Source of the DNA: Cyclobacteriaceae bacterium
GTDB lineage: Bacteria; Bacteroidota; Bacteroidia; Cytophagales; Cyclobacteriaceae
Direction of reading: 5' to 3'
DNA: 64,000 bases
Assembly (NCBI GenBank): GCA_035430125.1
Contig: DAOMGC010000004.1
Span: 36,037 to 100,036, forward strand
Part shown: one piece after another, positions 48,141 to 54,964 of the stretch
Numbering within the stretch: the first letter of the stretch is position 1
Layout: each line of letters opens with the position of its first letter
Program-made: the position numbers and the translations under genes
Notes under the pieces: model-generated
The model's input: the letters and a program-made list of their open reading frames with translations, nothing else
The model's database searches: none
Told to the model about the DNA's origin: nothing

Positions 48141-49280
48141 TCAAATTCCGTTTGAAATTGAGAATGGCTCACCGTGAGTCTTTTTCATCAGATAACGCGC
48201 AACGCCTGGAGTAGTATTGGCCAACGACACGGCCAGGTTTGAACTCCACACCCCACCAAACAATTGCTGTATCTGCCGGCCTGCCCATAGCCGTCTCGAG
48301 AACAATGAATTCCAGGCGCGGGTGTAGTCCTGTTCCAGCCGATGGCGATCATATGATTTGTCTTCCACATATCGAATAACATGCTCGCTCAACACCTTCG
48401 CACCGTGAATGGCCAGTGCCATGCCATTGCCGCACAGTGGGGTAATCATACCAGCAGCATCACCCGCCATGAGAATGTGATGCTCTACCGGTGATTTGGT
48501 TTCAAACGAGATCTCATTGATGACTTCCGGTTTTTCAAGAAGAAAGGTGGCTGTTGAGAAGATCTGCCGCAGGAACGGATTTTGGAACAACAGCTCCTTT
48601 TCCATATCGTGCACATTGCCATACTGCTTTACGTTGTCTCGATGGGTGAGGTAGCACAGATTGATACGACCTTCTTCCACCTGACTGATGCCACAATATC
48701 CGTCTTTGAAATTATGCAGCGCTATGAGATCATCTGCAAAGCCAGAAAGCCTGACGTGATACTTCACCCCTACATAAGGAGATCGTCGGCCAAAAAAACC
48801 ACGCTTAAGGTACCCATCCAACCGTGATCGCTTACCGAATGCACCAATTACAATGTCGGCCTTATGTTCTTGTTGGGATGTGCCTACCGTAAATACATTT
48901 CCATCATAGTGGACAGAGTCAACCTCGCTGCCTACGCTAAATCTCACACCGAGGGATTGCGCTTTGAGATAAAGGTATTGATCGAACGCATAACGACTGA
49001 TGCCAAAACCGCCTAGATCAAGTGCCATGGACGATGACCTGCCATTCACCGATGTTAGTTGGAAGCGATTAATCTGCGATGGTCCCAATTCATGTGGATA
49101 GCAACCCAAATCGCGGAGATAGGGCACAACTTCATTGGAGATGTATTCGCCGCAAACCCGGTGGAAGGGATACATCTTTTTCTCTATGACATACGCCTTT
49201 ATACCCACCCTGGCCAGGTGAATAGAAGAAATTAATCCGGCGAGACCACCACCAATAATAGTAATTTTCACATCTTTCAT
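48141..49280 (-). CDS. FAD-dependent oxidoreductase (geranylgeranyl-reductase / aromatic hydroxylase-like)
   Basis: 379 aa. N-terminal dinucleotide fold IIGGGLAGL...VIEKK and a later GDAAGMITPLCGNG FAD motif. Confidence 0.85.
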   Translation of the reverse strand: MKDVKITIIGGGLAGLISSIHLARVGIKAYVIEKKMYPFHRVCGEYISNEVVPYLRDLGCYPHELGPSQINRFQLTSVNGRSSSMALDLGGFGISRYAFDQYLYLKAQSLGVRFSVGSEVDSVHYDGNVFTVGTSQQEHKADIVIGAFGKRSRLDGYLKRGFFGRRSPYVGVKYHVRLSGFADDLIALHNFKDGYCGISQVEEGRINLCYLTHRDNVKQYGNVHDMEKELLFQNPFLRQIFSTATFLLEKPEVINEISFETKSPVEHHILMAGDAAGMITPLCGNGMALAIHGAKVLSEHVIRYVEDKSYDRHRLEQDYTRAWNSLFSRRLWAGRQIQQLFGGVWSSNLAVSLANTTPGVARYLMKKTHGEPFSISNGI

Positions 49281-49379
49281 TCGTTAAAACTAAGTATTCG
49301 CTTTTCCGTAAAACACGGGTGGCGGGAATAAAAACAAATTTTTCATTTGGTGGTTACCCCGGGACGACTAACGAATCTT

Positions 49380-49853
49380 ATGAGTATGAATGAGGCGAAT
49401 AGATATAGCAGCTGGCGGGTATTACTCATTGGCAATAACCCCATTGAACTTAGTCGGGTTTGTTTTCATTTACACGAAATTCCATATAAGCGTATTCTCA
49501 CTGAATTGGCGTTTGACCTCACCACAACACTTCATCGCTTAAATCATTTTGATCCCCAGCACATTTTAATTGATGACAACATGGGGTGCCGTGAAATGCA
49601 TAGCCTGGTACAACATATTCAGCGGTTGTCTGGCGATGTTCCGATAACAGTTGTGAAGAATTCCAACTATAAGGAAACCATTGGCTCCGGGGTCATGAAT
49701 TTTGTGCTTAAAAGTCAGCTTTCCGGAGAGAAGTTGTACCGCGAAATGATTAATGCAAATCACTTCAGGCACATGCAGCAACATTGGGTGAGATCTTATG
49801 GCCGTACCCGCCGCAGGCCCCTGCGGGAATGGATTCAGGCGGCCATGCTCTAA
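49380..49853 (+). CDS. orphan atypical receiver-like (REC) domain protein
   Basis: ATG at 49380. REC-like beta/alpha pattern with ILIDDNMG (phospho-acceptor position) and FVLKS (Lys), but beta1 ends in LLIGNN instead of an acidic DD/ED pair. No output domain. Confidence 0.45.
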   Translation: MSMNEANRYSSWRVLLIGNNPIELSRVCFHLHEIPYKRILTELAFDLTTTLHRLNHFDPQHILIDDNMGCREMHSLVQHIQRLSGDVPITVVKNSNYKETIGSGVMNFVLKSQLSGEKLYREMINANHFRHMQQHWVRSYGRTRRRPLREWIQAAML

Positions 49854-51076
49854 ATCTGACTTTCTAGCGCAAAGTGACGGATTACTTTCTCCCCGTTTCG
49901 AAGCAACTCTACTTTGATTTTTTTCCCGGGCTTTTGGTTGAATTCACCATTCACCCTTCCCAGGTCCAGTTCCTTCGCTTGTACCCCGTTGATGCTCACC
50001 AACTCATCACCACTTTTAATCCCGGCCTTGTCTGCAGGTGAATCTTTTCGAACGTCAGTAATTTCATATTTCCTGAGCCGCGAGCCTTTTGCCTTTAGGG
50101 TCAGCCCACTCATGTTGAAGTGGAAGGCATTCGAAAAGCTACTGTTTTTCTTCAGGTAGAGACGCTCGCGCGGGAAATCATAAATGGTGGTAAATCGACT
50201 GAGGATCTCACCACCCAGGGTCCCATTTCTGAATATGTCAGTTGCCTTGAGGGTATCGATGTAGGAATTCGCATCCGGAAAATTTACAATGGGATTGTCA
50301 ATGGTAAACTTCCCGACCGTTACGCCCCGGATGCGGCCAATTTTTCCCGTAATAAGTCCACCCAATCCACGTCCAATCAGACTTTGTACATTCTTTTCAG
50401 GAATAAATATTTCCTTGTTGGATGAGGGATCCAGAACCAGTCCGTGACTGGCTCCACTGTCAACAAGCAACTTGGCAGGAACAACAACGCCATTGCTCAT
50501 TTGAACCGACGCCTGAACATACGGTTTTGTATCCTCGACGTGCATGGGCAACATTTCATATCGCTTGCCAGGCTGAAAAAATTCTGGACGGATAATGGTC
50601 ACTTCCTTTTCTTTGTAATCGATCTGAACGATAAACCGACTGAATATTTCATAGCCCAATACGCCTTGCACATCCGTACCCAGGTAATTGCGAAGTTCCA
50701 GATAGTCTTTTTCAAGAACCAGCACAGCATGACCTTCACCATGTAGCCCGGGCAGGTCAAGCGTTACATTGTTGGTGACGTAGGCCTCTACTACTTTGTC
50801 ACCACCCGGCCCGGCAACCATATAATGCCTGCCATAGTTAAGTTTTAAAAGATCGCTGAAACTGCGTTCCGTTAGAATCGTAGTACGTACCCCGGTATCA
50901 AGAATAAACTTCAAAGGCAATTGACCATTTAACACAACAGGTACGATCACCAGGTTGTTCACGATTTCAATTGGGAACTTCACCTTATGTCTGCCGCCGG
51001 TAATAGCTAAGCCCAACTGGCCGTGTGCCACCACCGGAAACATCAAGAATAGAATGTATAGTTTAAGAAAGCGCAT
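49850..51076 (-). CDS. secreted tandem retropepsin-like aspartyl protease with C-terminal PDZ domain
   Basis: 408 aa with signal peptide. Two D(T/S)G motifs (FILDTGVRT, LLVDSGASH) and a PDZ domain (ADKAGIKSGDELVSINGV). Confidence 0.75.
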   Translation of the reverse strand: MRFLKLYILFLMFPVVAHGQLGLAITGGRHKVKFPIEIVNNLVIVPVVLNGQLPLKFILDTGVRTTILTERSFSDLLKLNYGRHYMVAGPGGDKVVEAYVTNNVTLDLPGLHGEGHAVLVLEKDYLELRNYLGTDVQGVLGYEIFSRFIVQIDYKEKEVTIIRPEFFQPGKRYEMLPMHVEDTKPYVQASVQMSNGVVVPAKLLVDSGASHGLVLDPSSNKEIFIPEKNVQSLIGRGLGGLITGKIGRIRGVTVGKFTIDNPIVNFPDANSYIDTLKATDIFRNGTLGGEILSRFTTIYDFPRERLYLKKNSSFSNAFHFNMSGLTLKAKGSRLRKYEITDVRKDSPADKAGIKSGDELVSINGVQAKELDLGRVNGEFNQKPGKKIKVELLRNGEKVIRHFALESQI

Positions 51077-51130
51077 GAGCCGAGTTGCCCCGCTTAAAAC
51101 TATTGAAAAAAAACAGAAATGAAATAATTG

Positions 51131-51673
51131 TTAATCGGTAACTACCCCCAGTGCGGTGAGCAATTTGACTGGAGAATCAGCGACAGTAAGAAATTTAAGG
51201 TTTTCGGCTGCCAGGAAGCCCTCACCAGTCATGATTTTCATTTGATCGACTAGGGGTGTAAAAAACCCTTGTAGATTCAGGAGACCGATTGGCTGATTCA
51301 CGAGGCGCAATTGACGCCATGTAAGGATTTCGGCCAGTTCATCCAATGTGCCCCATCCGCCCGGAAGGGCAATGAATACGTCAGCGAGGTCTGCCATTTT
51401 CTTTTTGCGCTCATGCATCGAATCAACGATGACGAGTTCGGTAAGACCCCGATGTCCTACTTCCCGCTTCATCAGAAAGTCAGGAATTACACCTGTCACC
51501 TTCCCGCCGTGCTGCAAAGTGGCATCGGCAACAATGCCCATGAGGCCAATATTGCCGCCGCCATATATCAGGGTATGACCGTGTATGGCGATGAGTTCGC
51601 CCAGGGAACGGGCCGCATCGGAATAGCGGGCATGATGCCCGGTGGCAGACCCGCAAAAAACGCAAACATTCAT
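51131..51673 (-). CDS. LOG-family (TIGR00730) nucleotide phosphoribohydrolase
   Basis: 180 aa. GGGNIGLMG and PGGWGTLDE motifs. Confidence 0.85.
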   Translation of the reverse strand: MNVCVFCGSATGHHARYSDAARSLGELIAIHGHTLIYGGGNIGLMGIVADATLQHGGKVTGVIPDFLMKREVGHRGLTELVIVDSMHERKKKMADLADVFIALPGGWGTLDELAEILTWRQLRLVNQPIGLLNLQGFFTPLVDQMKIMTGEGFLAAENLKFLTVADSPVKLLTALGVVTD

Positions 51674-51918
51674 TCGACTGATCCCGGATCAGTGCTTAAC
51701 GTCGTGTTCGTTATTACTAACTGATTTGTTGGGGAACAGCCACGGCGAAATGAAAGCCAGGAGGAACAACGGGCAAACGACTCCAAAGAAAAACCACATA
51801 GTAAATTGTTTAGGCCGCCAATTTAACCCGGATTTGCCATTTCTTGCAATATTTGAGATCATGCGGAAACATTATATCTGTATTTTGAGTTTAAATCGCA
51901 CTTAGCTCCTGTCTTGCA

Positions 51919-52476
51919 ATGAAAAAAGTGATTCTTATTTCCGGCCTGGTGGTAGCCCTGGGTGCCGTGGTGGCGATCCTGGTAGGCTATAAGTTCACCA
52001 AATCCCATAGCCCGGAGGAATTGGTTTCCTATGAGGAAGGCAACCTGCACATAGCCGTGTCTTACAATCGTCCATTCAAAAAAGGCCGACAGATTTTTGG
52101 TGCCCTGGTCCCTTACGGAAAAACCTGGCGTACGGGTGCCAACGAGCCAACCACACTGGAAACCAACAAAGACATCAATATTGGCGGCAAAATCCTCAAG
52201 AAAGGCAGGTATTCATTGTGGACTGTGCCAAATGAGACTTCATGGCAGGTAGTGTTCAACTCCAGCGTGCCGAATTGGGGTGTTGACGTAATGAAAAATG
52301 GCCAAGCTGCCCGAGATGAGAATACAGATGCGCTGGTAATCGAGGTCCCTGTGATGCAGACTGAAAAAGAATTTGAACAATTCACCATCAGCATTGAAAA
52401 GGCTGATGACGCACTTGAACTGGTGCTCGCGTGGGATAAGACGCTTGTTGTGGTACCGTTTGTGGTCAGCGAATAA
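51919..52476 (+). CDS. DUF2911-like protein (N-terminal membrane anchor or signal)
   Basis: 185 aa. LVPYGKTWRTGANEPT is characteristic of DUF2911 as I recall it. Confidence 0.65.
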   Translation: MKKVILISGLVVALGAVVAILVGYKFTKSHSPEELVSYEEGNLHIAVSYNRPFKKGRQIFGALVPYGKTWRTGANEPTTLETNKDINIGGKILKKGRYSLWTVPNETSWQVVFNSSVPNWGVDVMKNGQAARDENTDALVIEVPVMQTEKEFEQFTISIEKADDALELVLAWDKTLVVVPFVVSE

Positions 52477-54046
52477 TCAACTTAACCCTGGTGCGGGGCC
52501 TGTCGGCTTCACTGAAAGGGGCTGACAACAATTTTTGCAAGAACTTGATCCGATCACCGTTCACCCCCGCTTTAATGAAATAATCCCGGAGCGTTTGTGC
52601 CTGGGCTGTTGTTCTGTTATTGTGGTAGCGCACCTTCACCACCAGCGAGTCGCGTGTGGCCGTTGTGACTGAGTCAACGGCATAGCTGACTGGAATTCGA
52701 ATAGTATCCCGTTGAATTTCGGTCATGTCGGGTGAAATCTTTAGCGTATCGTTGAGATAAGGCTCCAGGGATAATTCAAAGGTGAAGTTGAGACGCGGGT
52801 TGCCATCCATGAGTCGCTTCACGCGCCGCAGTTCCTGTGCCGACAGCGGGTCGAGGTCCGCAGTAAGGTCGCGATATCCGATTCCCTCCAGCAGAATAGT
52901 ATCTCCTGCAGCAGCAGCTTTCAGTTTGGCACTCACCTTTTCAAATAGTGAGAACTTTTCTTTGGTCAGGTCAAAATGCCTGGAATAGAACGTGTAGTTA
53001 TCAAGCGCAGGCTCAATGGACAAATCATATATAGATCCCTCCTTTACATAGGTTACGAATTGTCCGGCTGAATTGGGGTTGGTTGCAAAAACCTTGGCGT
53101 TATTGCGCAGATCAAATATCGATACGAAGGCTGACCCGGGTTGATCGGGTCCTGATACCTGACCTTCAATTTTGATGGTGGTCTTTGGTCGGATCTCGGC
53201 AGGGAACAACAACTCTACCAATTCGGTAACACGCGTTCCCGGTACATGCTTTAGCAGGTATCTGCCCAGGGATGAAGCACTCACAAACTGATCGTCACCG
53301 GGTGTGTTGGCGAAGTCCAGCGCCAGCGGTGGGGTCCAGGCATTGTTCTGGAATCGCGTCATAAACAAGTCCATCCCTCCTTTATTTGGCTGCAACTTGT
53401 TGGATGAAAATATCAGCGTTTCCCCATCCCCCATTATCCGCGGTGACTGCGAATTGCCAGTGTTGATAAAAGCAGGTAGTTCAGTGGGTTCATCCCATTG
53501 CCCATTGGGCTTCTTCCGTGCAACCATCAATTTACACCGGTCGGCTTGCGTGCCGGTCATGGTTTCACATCGCATAAAATAAAAAGCCATCCCATCGGCG
53601 GATGGCGAGGGGCAGGCGTCATTTAATTTTGAATTAATTGGGTTGAGCAGGTTGACAGGCTCTGCCCAGGAGCTGCCGCGGCGCGCACTGGCGTAAATGT
53701 CGTAGCCGCCCATGCCATTGGACCTGGCATTGCTGATGTATAGGATATTTCCGTCCGGGCTCAAGCCAAAGCCATACAGGTAGTTCAAGTGATTATTCAC
53801 AGACCGGGGCAAGATCACCGGGTCTGTCCAGTTGGTACCTGATTTATTGGTTTGGTTAAGGGTCAGGGCATTGTCCTCCGCCACATCGGCCAGATACACG
53901 ATCGTGTTTCCATCCAATGCAATAAATGGCGCCGAGTTGTTGATGGACGAGTGATTTACGTTTGCCGGCATCTTACGAAGCCGGGATTGGCCAAACATCA
54001 CATGTGCCGCCAGAACGGCCACCAGGACTAAATGCAATCGATTCAT
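52466..54046 (-). CDS. secreted PD40 (TolB-like beta-propeller) repeat protein with OmpA-like C-terminal region
   Basis: 526 aa with signal peptide. PD40-like motifs (YISNARSNGMGGYDIY, IFSSNKLQPNKGGMDLF). Confidence 0.7.
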   Translation of the reverse strand: MNRLHLVLVAVLAAHVMFGQSRLRKMPANVNHSSINNSAPFIALDGNTIVYLADVAEDNALTLNQTNKSGTNWTDPVILPRSVNNHLNYLYGFGLSPDGNILYISNARSNGMGGYDIYASARRGSSWAEPVNLLNPINSKLNDACPSPSADGMAFYFMRCETMTGTQADRCKLMVARKKPNGQWDEPTELPAFINTGNSQSPRIMGDGETLIFSSNKLQPNKGGMDLFMTRFQNNAWTPPLALDFANTPGDDQFVSASSLGRYLLKHVPGTRVTELVELLFPAEIRPKTTIKIEGQVSGPDQPGSAFVSIFDLRNNAKVFATNPNSAGQFVTYVKEGSIYDLSIEPALDNYTFYSRHFDLTKEKFSLFEKVSAKLKAAAAGDTILLEGIGYRDLTADLDPLSAQELRRVKRLMDGNPRLNFTFELSLEPYLNDTLKISPDMTEIQRDTIRIPVSYAVDSVTTATRDSLVVKVRYHNNRTTAQAQTLRDYFIKAGVNGDRIKFLQKLLSAPFSEADRPRTRVKLIIR

Positions 54047-54149
54047 GACATTAAAAGTAGCTAAAAGCCGTACGGATACATGGGGTCTCTTCCCCGAAAA
54101 GTAGTGCCAAACTTTTATGGACTTGAAAATTTGAGTTAGTTTTAGGACA

Positions 54150-54887
54150 ATGATTCAAGTAATCCCATCCATCGCCATTCGCCGGGGCAAGGTCGTCAAG
54201 ATGAGAAAAGGTGACCCCAACAGCGAGAAAGCCTATGACGAAAATCCACTGGACCTCGCCAAGCGGTTTGAGGACCATGGCATCGATGTAGTTCACCTGG
54301 TCGACCTGGATGGCGCGGAGCGCGGGAGCCCGAAGAATTTTCATGTGCTGGAGGCCATTGCGAATCATACCGACCTTAAGATTGATTTTACGGGGGGCAT
54401 CAGCACCGACGGGGATATCAGCAGCGCCTACGAATTTGGCGCAGACTACATTACAGCGTCAAGTATCGCAATTACCAACCCTGAATTGTTTGCCTCATGG
54501 GTTATGTCGTTTGGACGTGAAAAAATAACCCTGAGCGCGGATGTGACTGACGTAAAAACAAAACAGGTAGCCTTTCGGGGATGGGCCAAGGAATCTGAAC
54601 TAAGACTCTTCGAACACCTTCGTTTCTTTTATGATAAGGGGCTCAAATATGCCAAGTGTACTGACATTTCCCGTGATGGTGTACTTGAAGGTCCTGATTT
54701 CAACTTTTACCAGGAAATACTCACCGAATTCCCCAACCTGAAAGTGTTGGCTAGCGGCGGCATTCGCGGTGTGGACGATATCCGCCGTTTGAATGAAATG
54801 GGCATTTTTGCTGTTATTTTTGGCAAGGCGTTTTATGAAGGTATCCTGAAGTTAAAGGACCTTGAACAGTTCCTCATCAAAAGCTGA
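54150..54887 (+). CDS. HisA-like (beta/alpha)8 barrel protein (ProFAR isomerase family), orphan
   Basis: 245 aa. HLVDLDGA, FTGGI, CTDISRDGVLEG and ASGGIR motifs of HisA/HisF. No other his genes are in the window. Confidence 0.8.
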   Translation: MIQVIPSIAIRRGKVVKMRKGDPNSEKAYDENPLDLAKRFEDHGIDVVHLVDLDGAERGSPKNFHVLEAIANHTDLKIDFTGGISTDGDISSAYEFGADYITASSIAITNPELFASWVMSFGREKITLSADVTDVKTKQVAFRGWAKESELRLFEHLRFFYDKGLKYAKCTDISRDGVLEGPDFNFYQEILTEFPNLKVLASGGIRGVDDIRRLNEMGIFAVIFGKAFYEGILKLKDLEQFLIKS

Positions 54888-54964
54888 GTTTACTACTCAG
54901 TTTTCATCGCAATTATTTTTAGATCATAAACTGCGGGGCTGTATTTTAGCCACCCAGCACCATC

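Noticed and set aside
51677-51693. Perfect palindrome ACTGATCC-c-GGATCAGT, 3 nt upstream of the LOG gene start.
   Set aside because: About one 8+8 palindrome with a 1-nt spacer is expected by chance in 64 kb, and no second copy or associated regulator was seen. It could still be an operator or an RBS-sequestering hairpin, but the evidence is insufficient.
51642-51905. An 87-aa ORF filling the 245-bp LOG / DUF2911 intergenic region.
   Set aside because: It overlaps the LOG start on the opposite strand, has no motif, and its composition looks non-coding. It is more likely a divergent promoter region.
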